Shown here in pieces: positions 1-8,830 of a stretch of 56,048 nucleotides of DNA. Within the stretch, counting starts at the first letter, position 1. Every line of letters starts with the position of its first letter. The stretch lies in IMG/VR virus record IMGVR_UViG_3300031180_000001, positions 1 to 56,048 of that record. The stretch is one strand, 5' to 3'. This DNA is from a virus. Lineage: Duplodnaviria > Caudoviricetes. The notes below the pieces were generated by a model. That model ran no database searches. It saw nothing but the letters and a program-made list of their open reading frames with translations, and was not told where the DNA came from. The position numbers were made by a program, and so were the translations under genes.

Positions 1-275
1 CCTCGACGCGGCTGCCGTGCTGCCGTGCTGCCGTCCAGCCGCCTCGATAGACCGTCGCCTCCGTCGTCCAGCCGCCTCGACGCGGCTAACGTGCTGCCGT
101 GCTACCGTGCTGCCGTCCAGCCGTCCAACCGCCTCCGTCGTCCAGCCGCGTCGAGGCGGCTGCCGTGCTGCCGTCCAGCCGTCCAGCCGTCCAGCCGCCT
201 CGATAGACCGTCGCCTCCGTCGTCCAGCCGCCTCCGTCGTCCAGCCGCGTCGAGGCGGCTGACGTGCTGCCGTGC
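1..275. repeat. GC-rich mosaic minisatellite built from GCCGCCTCGA, CCGTCCAG and GTGCTGCCGT modules
   Basis: 44-bp direct repeat at 35-78 and 190-233. The 18-bp AGCCGCCTCGACGCGGCT is at 70-87 and its reverse complement at 144-161 and 243-260. Bases 1-18 equal 55885-55902. Confidence 0.9.
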
Positions 276-533
276 AGTCGTTTTAGTGCGGATTCGTTTG
301 GTGCGACCTTTACGCGTTGATTTGAGTTGTACATAGAACGTGATATCAGCGCTGATACTGGATGAGACGCGTAGCGCTTAAGTGCGATTGGACGAGACGA
401 ATTGATACCGAATGAGAATATTCCATGTTCTGAATTTTCGCGTCGAACGTGGAATGAGCTTATGAGACTGATTGAGACTGGATGAGACGCGTTGCGCCGC
501 GTCGCTTGTATATGCGACGAAGTGAGACGCTTC

Positions 534-584
534 GGGTCCTTCCTCCTCGACGCGCGAACCGCGGGGGGCCGCTGACCCCGGCGG
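534..584 (+). other. Putative cos site: cosQ-like GGGTCCT (534-540) and cosN-like dyad with candidate 12-nt cohesive end GGGCCGCTGACC (566-577)
   Basis: Lambda cosQ is GGGTCCT at a similar distance upstream of cosN. Flanks CCGCGGG and CCGGCGG are 6/7 symmetric about the 12-mer. The phage encodes a lambda gpA-family terminase. Confidence 0.65.
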
Positions 585-624
585 GCGAGAATTTTCGGAA
601 ATTTTTTCAGAATTTTTCAGGGGC

Positions 625-932
625 AAACTTGTCAGTCGGACTGACGGGTTTCTGACGGGTTTCCTGACAAGTTTTTGAACGCGAGAAATGCCTGATTTTT
701 CTATAGATTCACCCCCCCCCCCCCCCTCTCCTCCCTAAACTTGTCAGCCATTCGAGGGGGGTATACCCCCTCTTGAGATTTCGGGGATTCTGACCCTTCG
801 GGTCGTAGGGGGTGTACCCCCTCTGACAAGTTGCCAAGTTTCGGGGTAAAATTGGCTAAGTCATTGTGCCGTCGAGGTTTTTTCTCCAGAAACCTGTCAG
901 AAACCTGTCAGAATCCGGTTGAAACCTGTCAG
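625..932. promoter_or_regulatory. Iteron-like cluster AAACYYGTCAG; putative replication origin or cosB-like sites
   Basis: Forward copies at 625, 737, 890, 901, 922 and reverse copies at 641, 652, 664, 823. Two G5-T(A/G)TA-C5 palindromes at 754-772 and 807-822. The cluster lies downstream of the primase operon. Confidence 0.6.
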
Positions 933-950
933 ATGTAGGTTCGGATCAAC

Positions 951-976
951 AAAAAACCCCGCCGAAGCGGGGCTTT
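951..976 (-). terminator. Rho-independent terminator of the primase operon
   Basis: Minus strand reads CCCCGC-TTCG-GCGGGG followed by TTTTTT. Confidence 0.85.
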
Positions 977-997
977 GTCTATGATTTGCGTCTCAGA

Positions 998-1351
998 TCA
1001 TTCGTCTTCTGAGCGTGGTGGTATTTCTTCTTTGAACTTGTCTATAAATTTCTGCGTGGCCTGGAAGCAGTAAGGTTCGTCGCATAGTGGCTTCAACCAT
1101 CCATCATTGTGCAGTACGGCGAAGGCTTCCCAAATGTAAGCATCCAAGATGGGCGATAGCAGGGTGTAATTTTCGACATAGATTTTGTATTCACTGGGAT
1201 CATAATCATACCACCACATCTCATGAATGATGTCGTCCAGCAAAAGCTGTGCTGCACGACGTACACGATCCCGCTCACGTTTGATTTCTTCAATGCTCTT
1301 GAAGTGAACGTCCAACATCCAACCTGCAATGATCTCTTTGTCGTTCATCAT
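998..1351 (-). CDS. Hypothetical protein
   Basis: 117-aa ORF coupled to the primase stop and followed by a terminator. Confidence 0.7.
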   Translation of the reverse strand: MMNDKEIIAGWMLDVHFKSIEEIKRERDRVRRAAQLLLDDIIHEMWWYDYDPSEYKIYVENYTLLSPILDAYIWEAFAVLHNDGWLKPLCDEPYCFQATQKFIDKFKEEIPPRSEDE

Positions 1352-3657
1352 TACTCACTCTCCTTCACTGCGAAATAAATCCACGTCTTCGGTCCTCGGC
1401 TGCCTTTGCTGAGTGACTTGACGACGTGGTAATCGGTCTCCAGGCGCGACAGCACTTCGTCACGTTCGCGTCGTGTGAAGTTTTTGAATTGCGTGTTGTG
1501 GCGGGAGAAGTCGCGCTCGGTCATACCTTCTCGACCTGCCTCACGGAGCATCCGATAAAGGATTTCGGCGACATCGGCGTACTTCGTCGTACCCAGGCGA
1601 ATCTTGAAGATTTCGCCCATCTCAAAGGCGTAGTGGTACACGTAATCCCGCGCCCATTCGACGTGCTCGCGCTTAACACGGTCGCTTTCGCAGCTCAGCG
1701 CTACGATCAGCGACACGCGCATGATGATCTCGCGGGTGCGCTTGTAGAGGTTCTGGAGGCCGAATTCTTTCATTTTGCGGGAACGCTCCAGAAGCTCGAC
1801 CTCAATCTCGTCTGTCAGCTCCCGTGCGCTCTCCGTGAAAGGTACGAGAATCGGCTTCGGTGCCTTCGTGGCATAGTCGATGGTGTCGAAATCATCCTCA
1901 TCGGCCGAGGCATAGCTCATCTTCTGAATCCACTCGATAAGCTCCTCTGGCACCGGAGCGTCATAATCGATGTCCTTACGGCTCAACTGCTCGTCAACCG
2001 GCGTCTGAACGATAATGAAGCGGTTCAGGAAGCCGTCATTCACGTCGTTCAAGCCAAGAGCGCCATAGAAGTGGGTAGGTGCGCTCATTCCCAAGATTGA
2101 AAGAGCTGGTCTATCAATCAGGGCCTTCCGCATTTCCTCCACTTGTTGTTTGCTGAGGCCGTGCGTGCTGTAGGACTTGGGCGATATAGTTTCGTCCAAT
2201 GCGCCGAATAGGCTCATTAGGAACGATTGCGCTTGCTCGTAGAGAGCGTTCCCCGCCTTGCGGTTTGAGCTTAAGTATCGGCCAAGCTCGTCGATGATCG
2301 CGATATGGCGAGGTCGGAACAACAACTCACCGGCAATGGCCGCTTCGCTGGTGTACTCGCGAGGCCCGACGAACTCGAATCGGTCGGCCTCCTTGAGCAC
2401 CTTCATGATGACGCGGCGCGTATGCTCCTTACCGCATCCGGTTTCGCCGACGCAGACGAAATAAAGGGACGTGAAGTTGTTCCGGTCGGTGACGTAGTTC
2501 CGCCCGAGAACGACCGATCCAATGGCGAGCGCCGTCTGCACCGCGAACTGCGGCTGAGGCATAATCGCCGTGGCGTTGTAGTAATCGACGACGTGTTGCA
2601 GCTTGCCAGGGATGCTCAGCAGATGCTTCGGGATCTTCGCGAAGGGATCGGCATCTTTTGCGGACGTGCTCTTTGTCTCGGGGACATCGCCGATCAGCTC
2701 GTCTTCCGCGTCGATCTCCTCGAACCAGCGAATCACGTCGTCGTAATCGACGCTGTTCTGGCGCGCTCTGAAATCTTTAATCAGTGACCGGAGCGTGCGC
2801 GGGTTCGGATGATTCCGCTTGAAGCTCCGCCAGTCGGTGAGGTTTCGTTTCCGATTGTACTTCTCCGGTTGCCGCTTCGACCATTCGTCGAAAAGCGGCC
2901 ATCCCTTCTCTGGCCCGAGCTGATGGTGAAGGGCCATTCCGACCTTGAGCCAATCGTCGCGAGACTCGGCCAAGTCCACCAGCTCGTCGAGCATTTCGCG
3001 AATCTCGTCTACATCAATGTCCTCGACAGGCTCTTTCGTCTCTGGATCGCGCTCGATCTCCTCATCGTCACCGAGCACTTCCTCAATCTGCTCGGCGTCG
3101 ATAACGGGAATGCCCAGCTCCCAATCGGGCTCAATTACCCAGCGGTACCTCTTGCCCGAGGGGTGCTTGCTTGGCGGGCAGGCGACTTGCTTGCCGGTGC
3201 CGAACAGCTCGATCTCCCAACGGCGTGTCTTCTTGCCGTCGAGTTCGATCGTTTCTTCGCTCCTGGCGAGCTTTCGCGAGCGGAACGGCTTCTGTGTCGC
3301 GAAATAGACGTGCCGCGACTTGCCACCGGAGCCGCTTTGCACGGTCGGAAATCGTTTCCAGTTGATCCCGACGAACAGCTTTCTCAGCGTCTCGACCGCC
3401 TCGGCGAACGCTTCCTCGGGATCGTCAGAGTCGCGAATATCTATATCGATGACGTGCAGATAATTGCCGTCAACGAGCTTCGATGGCTTACCGAGGCGCA
3501 CGCCGATATTAAAGCCCGTCTCCCACCAACGCTTGACCTGGGCGAAGTCAGGAATCGGAGCACTCGTCCAATCTGGTGCAACCGGCGCTTTCGAGCGTTT
3601 GCGGAGTTTGACGAAAGCGAAGCCCTCGCGGACCCCGCGCTTTAAGTCATCAAGCAT
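1351..3657 (-). CDS. Bifunctional primase/polymerase (Prim-Pol) + PriCT_2 + P-loop helicase (DUF3987-like)
   Basis: N-terminal NIGVRLG / VIDID / GGKSRHVYF; PriCT_2-like RDDWLKVGMALH...FDEWS; Walker A GETGCGKE and Walker B IIDELG. Confidence 0.85.
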   Translation of the reverse strand: MLDDLKRGVREGFAFVKLRKRSKAPVAPDWTSAPIPDFAQVKRWWETGFNIGVRLGKPSKLVDGNYLHVIDIDIRDSDDPEEAFAEAVETLRKLFVGINWKRFPTVQSGSGGKSRHVYFATQKPFRSRKLARSEETIELDGKKTRRWEIELFGTGKQVACPPSKHPSGKRYRWVIEPDWELGIPVIDAEQIEEVLGDDEEIERDPETKEPVEDIDVDEIREMLDELVDLAESRDDWLKVGMALHHQLGPEKGWPLFDEWSKRQPEKYNRKRNLTDWRSFKRNHPNPRTLRSLIKDFRARQNSVDYDDVIRWFEEIDAEDELIGDVPETKSTSAKDADPFAKIPKHLLSIPGKLQHVVDYYNATAIMPQPQFAVQTALAIGSVVLGRNYVTDRNNFTSLYFVCVGETGCGKEHTRRVIMKVLKEADRFEFVGPREYTSEAAIAGELLFRPRHIAIIDELGRYLSSNRKAGNALYEQAQSFLMSLFGALDETISPKSYSTHGLSKQQVEEMRKALIDRPALSILGMSAPTHFYGALGLNDVNDGFLNRFIIVQTPVDEQLSRKDIDYDAPVPEELIEWIQKMSYASADEDDFDTIDYATKAPKPILVPFTESARELTDEIEVELLERSRKMKEFGLQNLYKRTREIIMRVSLIVALSCESDRVKREHVEWARDYVYHYAFEMGEIFKIRLGTTKYADVAEILYRMLREAGREGMTERDFSRHNTQFKNFTRRERDEVLSRLETDYHVVKSLSKGSRGPKTWIYFAVKESE

Positions 3658-3697
3658 AACGGAGGGTCCCCTTCTGAATTACGACTCGAATCAGCGA

Positions 3698-3952
3698 TCA
3701 ACCGAAGTCGATGAAGGGGTCCAATTTCTCCTTGGTCAGAGTTGAGCCTGGGAGGTTGATAAGTGCGTTCACCCGCTTCGACGGGATGCGGCCACGAATC
3801 GGCCACTGGCTTACAGCTTGACGCGAAATTCCGAGGGAAATTGCTATCTTTCTGAGGCTGATTGTACCGTTCTTTCTACGGTGCTTTGGAAGATTTTCCG
3901 TCAGCAAACGCAGCAATTCTTCATTCTTTTCCGGCATTTCCGAGTCCCACAA
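3698..3952 (-). CDS. Cro-like HTH transcriptional regulator (likely start 3937)
   Basis: HTH signature LRKIAISLGISRQAVSQW; divergent from the replication operon. Confidence 0.8.
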   Translation of the reverse strand: MWDSEMPEKNEELLRLLTENLPKHRRKNGTISLRKIAISLGISRQAVSQWPIRGRIPSKRVNALINLPGSTLTKEKLDPFIDFG

Positions 3953-4087
3953 ACCTAACGATCGCGAGGGACTCTACATCGTCACGCCCAAAGGGACAAT
4001 ACCTACTTGACGTGTCACTTAGAACGTGCTTTATAAGGGCCACGATCAACGAAGCGACGAGTTCTGGTGAAAAACGGGAGAACAGTG

Positions 4088-4522
4088 ATGAGCCTTGAGG
4101 ATCGCATCTCGGCACTAACCGAAGCCATTACGAAAAACAACGAACTTCTGAGTACGCTTATCAGCAAAGCGCAGGCTAAAGTTGAGGCTTCTGCCCCGAA
4201 GGCTGCTAAGGTTGAGGTTGAGGCCGAGGAGACCAAGGCAAAGGCCGACGATGCCGAGGAAGCACCTCGCCGTCGCGGTCGTAAGCCCAAGGCGGCCAAG
4301 ATTCCGAGCGTTTCTGACATGAAGGATGCTGCTAAGGCGTATCTCGACGCGGCTGATGATGAGGACGACTACAAGGCCCGCCGCGCGACCATCAAGAAGA
4401 TCGTCGAGAAGTTCGGGGTCGAGCGCTTTACCGAGATTGCCGAGGAGCATCGCGCTGAAGCCCTCGCCATGTTGAACGGTGAGGGTGACGGCGACGGAGA
4501 GGAGGAGGACGACGTAGTTTAA
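4088..4522 (+). CDS. Hypothetical low-complexity protein preceding DUF2800
   Basis: MSLEDRISALTEAI start, Ala/Lys-rich middle and helical C-domain, typical of this position in DUF2800/DUF2815 modules. Confidence 0.8.
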   Translation: MSLEDRISALTEAITKNNELLSTLISKAQAKVEASAPKAAKVEVEAEETKAKADDAEEAPRRRGRKPKAAKIPSVSDMKDAAKAYLDAADDEDDYKARRATIKKIVEKFGVERFTEIAEEHRAEALAMLNGEGDGDGEEEDDVV

Positions 4523-4530
4523 TCGTCCCC

Positions 4531-4793
4531 GGCGATACTCCTCATTGCCACGATAAACGGGGAGTATCGTCACCTTGGCGGTGTCCTGCTAGCCCCACCA
4601 CCTACCGAAGCCGGGGCACCGCCCGTAAGTCCCTCGGGTTTGGGCGAAGTTCCCGAGGGCCTTATGAAGTGGAGCGGGTGATAGAGGGGGTCCATCGCCC
4701 AGGTGTCTTTCCCAACCTGGGGGCGCTTATCGCCCGTGCGGCTCTTGCGGGGTGAGTCGCTTCGCGAAACCCGCTCCACGTCATAAGGCCCTC
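4531..4793 (+). ncRNA. Candidate structured RNA or cis-element
   Basis: Several stems, including a 25-bp one-mismatch inverted repeat at 4655-4679 / 4769-4793. Confidence 0.45.
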
Positions 4794-4810
4794 TCACAAG
4801 GAGAGAATGT

Positions 4811-5977
4811 GTGAAGGCGCACGCCCGTCTGTCGCCATCCGCGTCCTATCGCTGGCTCCGGTGCCCCGGTAGCGTGAACTTCCTTGAGAAAATCGAGGAA
4901 GATTTGACCGAGGGCACACATGCTGCTGAGGGGACGATCCTCCATTCCTTTTGTGAAGATGCCCTGAAAACAGGAAAGGACGCGTACTCCTACATCGGCG
5001 AGGTCCGCGAGCATGATGGCTACAAGCTAGAATTCGACGAAGAACTCGCCGAGATGATGCAGGAAGGGCTCGAATACATCGATTCGATCCCAGGTAAGCT
5101 ATTCGTCGAGTATCGTGTTGACCTCAGCCGTTGGATGCCGGGGCAATTCGGCACTCTCGACGTTGGAATTTGCGGAAAACGGCTAATTACCATTTTCGAT
5201 TGGAAATGGGGAATGCAGCCCGTTTCGCCGATAGAAAATACGCAGCTCATGTGCTATGCGCTGGGCTTTTGGGATAACGTCGCCCGAGAAATCACGGATG
5301 CCGAGAAATTCCGTCTGGTCATCTGGCAACCTAGAGCGCCCGGTGGCGGTGGTGAATGGGACGTTACTCTCGACGATCTCCTCGCCTTCGGAAAGAAGCT
5401 GAAAAAGAGCGCGGAAGCAACCTACGATAAGGACGCTCCGCGTATCCCCGGCCTTATCCAGTGTCAGTATTGCGAGGGCGCGAAAAGCTTGAAGTGCCCT
5501 GAGTACGTCGAATTCAACATGCGGATGGTTTTCGAGGATTTCGACGAACTCGACAAAGACATCGAGGATGATACCCCTCCAAGCCTTTCACCTACAGCTC
5601 TCACGCCAGAGCGTCGGAGCTATCTGCTTAAGCACCGACCGATGATCGATAAATTCTTCGATCGTCTCCAGGCGCAAGTCCTTGAGGATGCGCTTGCCGG
5701 TCGGCCGACGCCGGGTCTTAAGGCTGTGTACGGGCGCACGCCTCCCCGTAAATGGAAGGACCGTGAGGCGGCCGAAACGGCGCTCAGACGACTTCTCGGG
5801 AACGACGCCTATAATCTGAAACTCAAAACACCGACTCAAATTGAAAAGGAGCTGCCGCCGAAAATTTTCGCCAGATATGACCATTTAATCGAAAAAGGCT
5901 CGCCAAAGCCGGTGTTGGTTTCGGAGGACGACGCGAGACCACCAATCCCACCAATTACCGACCTTTTTGACGACTAA
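4811..5977 (+). CDS. DUF2800 family Cas4-like PD-(D/E)xK exonuclease
   Basis: HARLSPSASYRWLRCPGS, AAEGTILH, FGTLD, DWKWG and C-x2-C motifs. Confidence 0.9.
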   Translation: MKAHARLSPSASYRWLRCPGSVNFLEKIEEDLTEGTHAAEGTILHSFCEDALKTGKDAYSYIGEVREHDGYKLEFDEELAEMMQEGLEYIDSIPGKLFVEYRVDLSRWMPGQFGTLDVGICGKRLITIFDWKWGMQPVSPIENTQLMCYALGFWDNVAREITDAEKFRLVIWQPRAPGGGGEWDVTLDDLLAFGKKLKKSAEATYDKDAPRIPGLIQCQYCEGAKSLKCPEYVEFNMRMVFEDFDELDKDIEDDTPPSLSPTALTPERRSYLLKHRPMIDKFFDRLQAQVLEDALAGRPTPGLKAVYGRTPPRKWKDREAAETALRRLLGNDAYNLKLKTPTQIEKELPPKIFARYDHLIEKGSPKPVLVSEDDARPPIPPITDLFDD

Positions 5978-6008
5978 GAGTCACCTTTAACGTGTGGAGA
6001 AACGAGAA

Positions 6009-6791
6009 ATGGCAAAGAAAGAGGACCCAGCTCGGGTGAAATTGAAGAATGTGCGGTTGTCCTTCGCACATCTTTTCCGTCCCCAAGCATTCGGGGATGG
6101 TGAGGGTGAACCGAAGTACAACTGCAATTTCTTGATTGATCCGAGCACCAAGGAAGGCAAGGCCAATCTTCGCGCCATCGAGGACGCGATCGAATACGTG
6201 AAAAAGGAGAAATGGCCGAAGGGTGCGCCCAAGCTCAGCGAGGGTAAGATCTGCCTCCGTGATGGGAACAACACGGAGTACGACGGCTACGAGGATATGA
6301 TGTACGTGTCCGCGTCGAATGCCCGTCGTCCTCTCGTTCTGGATCGGGATAAGACTCCGCTTAATGAGGAGGATGGCGTGATTTATTCGGGCTGTTACGT
6401 TGACGCCATCATTCGCATTTGGGCGCAGGATAACAAGTACGGTAAGCGGATCAACGCTTCGCTTGAGGCTGTTCGTTTCCGCCGCGACGGTGAGGCGTTC
6501 GGTGCAGCTCCACCTGATCCCGATGAGTTCGATGATCTCGACGACGAGGATGAGGAGGATGAGGAGGATCGCCCGCGTCGAAAGCGCCGGGACGAAGATG
6601 AGGACGAAGACGATCGGCCTCGCCATCGTAAGAGTCGCGATGAGGACGATGAGGATGAGGACGATGATCGGCCTCGCCGTCGCAAGCGTCGGGACGAAGA
6701 CGATGAGGACGATGAGGATGAGGACGATGAGGACCGGCCGTCTCGGAACAGTCGGGCTCGCAAGCGGCGCGACGACGATGATGTGGTCTGA
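6009..6791 (+). CDS. DUF2815 family ssDNA-binding protein with long acidic/basic repeat tail
   Basis: VRLSFAHLF, LRDG, IYSGCYVDA and RDGEAFG motifs. Confidence 0.9.
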   Translation: MAKKEDPARVKLKNVRLSFAHLFRPQAFGDGEGEPKYNCNFLIDPSTKEGKANLRAIEDAIEYVKKEKWPKGAPKLSEGKICLRDGNNTEYDGYEDMMYVSASNARRPLVLDRDKTPLNEEDGVIYSGCYVDAIIRIWAQDNKYGKRINASLEAVRFRRDGEAFGAAPPDPDEFDDLDDEDEEDEEDRPRRKRRDEDEDEDDRPRHRKSRDEDDEDEDDDRPRRRKRRDEDDEDDEDEDDEDRPSRNSRARKRRDDDDVV

Positions 6792-6814
6792 TTGATCCGA
6801 AAGTTACTTTACAG

Positions 6815-6837
6815 ATCCCCGGCCTAGCGCCGGGGAT
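6815..6837 (+). terminator. Intergenic hairpin ATCCCCGGC-CTAGC-GCCGGGGAT
   Basis: Perfect 9-bp stem after the SSB gene, but no U-tract. Confidence 0.4.
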
Positions 6838-6861
6838 TGCCGTCTAACGGGGGGGCTGAAA

Positions 6862-8775
6862 TTGGTCGCCTACACGAAGGAAAAGATAACCTGGGTTCAC
6901 GACATTGAGATTTATCGGAATTACCTTCTGATCGGCTTTAAGCGGGTCGATACAGGAAAGGTCGTTTCGTGGGAAGTCGTCGGATCAAAGGGGTACTTGA
7001 GCGACGACGATATTGATGAGATCCGCGAGTTCATGCGGAAGTATCGCACGGTCGGATTCAACACCCGGCATTTCGACCTTCCAATTCTCTATTCGGCTCT
7101 CTCCGGTCTCCGGGTTATCGACCTCAAGAAAATTGCCGATGATATAATACTAGGTGGCCGCAAGTCCTGGGATATTGAGCGGGACTACGGTATAGAAGTT
7201 CCGCTCAGGCTCGACCATATCGACCTCATCGAAGTTGCACCTGGAAAGGCCAGCCTCAAAATCTACAACGGCCGCCTTCACGGTAAGCGGATGCAGGACT
7301 TACCGATCGATCCTGACGCCGTGCTCACCGATGAGGAGATTGAGGTTGTATACGACTACTGGAAAAACGACCTAGACGCTACGATCCTTCTTTACAACAA
7401 GCTGAAAGAGCAGTTGGACCTCCGTGCTTCTATGAGCACCGAGTATCGTCAAGATTTGCGGTCCAAGTCAGACGCTCAGATCGCCGAGGCTGTGATCCGT
7501 AGTGAAGTTGGCAAGCTCCTTGGCGAGAAGCCGAAGCGTCCAGAGATTCCACCGGGGACCAGATATAGCTACATCGTGCCCGATTTCATCCGGTTCAAGC
7601 ATCCAGATTTGCGCGATATTCTCGCGGAAATCGAGCGTTCATCGTTTCGGGTCGATAAAACCGGAAAAATCATAATGCCTCGCGCATTGGCCGATGCGAA
7701 CATTAAGATCGGCAATGGGATTTATCGTATGGGTATCGGTGGCCTCCACAGCTCAGAGAAGTGTCAGGCCATCGTCGCAAGAGATGATCAAATTCTCGTA
7801 GACAGGGACGTTACCTCTTACTACCCCATGATTATCCTCCGCTTGGGGCTTTATCCGAAGCACATGGGTAAGGCATTTCTCAAGGTCTATCGGGAGATCG
7901 TGAATCGTCGCCTCAAAGCCAAGGCCGAGGGCAACACAGTCGTTGCGAACTCCCTGAAAATCACGATCAACGGATCGTTCGGCAAGTTTGGCTCGCCCTG
8001 GTCGGCCCTGTACTCGCCCGACCTTCTCATCAGGACCACCATCACCGGCCAACTGTCCCTCCTCATGTTCATCGAGCGCCTGGAGCGTGCCGGTATCCGC
8101 GTGGTGAGCGCCAACACGGATGGCATCGTGATGCTCTGCGATAGGAAGCATGAGCACGTGATGAGAGAGGTTGTGGAGGAATGGGAACACGACACAGGAT
8201 TCGGGACTGAGGCGACGGAGTACAGCGCTCTCTACAGTCGTGATGTGAACAACTATATCGCAGTCAAGAAAGGTGGTGGGGTGAAGCTCAAGGGTGCTTA
8301 TGCCAAAGCGGGCTTCATGAAAAACCCTCAGAACGAAATTTGCATTGACGCTGTAATTGCGCACATTACGGAGGGAAAGTCACTGTCGGCGACAATTCGC
8401 GAGTGTCGTGACATCACCAAGTTCGTGACGGTGCGGCAGGTTCAAGGTGGTGCGATTTGTGGTGCTGAGAAGTATTACCGGGATCGCTACGGCAAGCGTG
8501 GTCAGCTCTTGAAGCCCGAGGAAATACTTGACTTCTCGAATGCGCAGTATCTCGGCAAGGCGATTCGTTGGTATTATTCTACAAACGGCGAGATCGGAAT
8601 TTTTTACAAGACTCCTAACAGATATGGAACTCACAACCTTGTGCCGAGGACGGAGGGGGCAAAACCTCTCATGGAGCTTCCTGACAAGTTCCCCGATGAT
8701 GTGGATTACGGCTGGTATATCCGCGAGGCGCGCTCCATCCTTCAAGAGATCGGCTTTGAGGAGTCCTTAATTTGA
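6862..8775 (+). CDS. Family B DNA polymerase with 3'-5' exonuclease
   Basis: Exonuclease motifs DIE, GFNTRHFD and YWKND; polymerase motifs DVTSYYP, LKITINGSFGK and ANTDG. Confidence 0.9.
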   Translation: MVAYTKEKITWVHDIEIYRNYLLIGFKRVDTGKVVSWEVVGSKGYLSDDDIDEIREFMRKYRTVGFNTRHFDLPILYSALSGLRVIDLKKIADDIILGGRKSWDIERDYGIEVPLRLDHIDLIEVAPGKASLKIYNGRLHGKRMQDLPIDPDAVLTDEEIEVVYDYWKNDLDATILLYNKLKEQLDLRASMSTEYRQDLRSKSDAQIAEAVIRSEVGKLLGEKPKRPEIPPGTRYSYIVPDFIRFKHPDLRDILAEIERSSFRVDKTGKIIMPRALADANIKIGNGIYRMGIGGLHSSEKCQAIVARDDQILVDRDVTSYYPMIILRLGLYPKHMGKAFLKVYREIVNRRLKAKAEGNTVVANSLKITINGSFGKFGSPWSALYSPDLLIRTTITGQLSLLMFIERLERAGIRVVSANTDGIVMLCDRKHEHVMREVVEEWEHDTGFGTEATEYSALYSRDVNNYIAVKKGGGVKLKGAYAKAGFMKNPQNEICIDAVIAHITEGKSLSATIRECRDITKFVTVRQVQGGAICGAEKYYRDRYGKRGQLLKPEEILDFSNAQYLGKAIRWYYSTNGEIGIFYKTPNRYGTHNLVPRTEGAKPLMELPDKFPDDVDYGWYIREARSILQEIGFEESLI

Positions 8776-8830
8776 ACTATACGTCACTTTATACGTGAAT
8801 TTAGCCGTTTATAGTGGCTGGGGGCTATAA

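Noticed and set aside
17-336. ORFs in the left-end repeat
   Set aside because: Low-complexity translations of a minisatellite, open on both strands, with no RBS.
712-726. Phase-variable poly-C tract
   Set aside because: Non-coding with no evident promoter around it; homopolymer length is also error-prone.
4745-4775. Hammerhead ribozyme (TGAG...CGAAAC)
   Set aside because: It lacks the CTGANGA core and a proper stem II.
4811-5977. CRISPR-associated Cas4
   Set aside because: It is the DUF2800 replication-module nuclease in its usual context.
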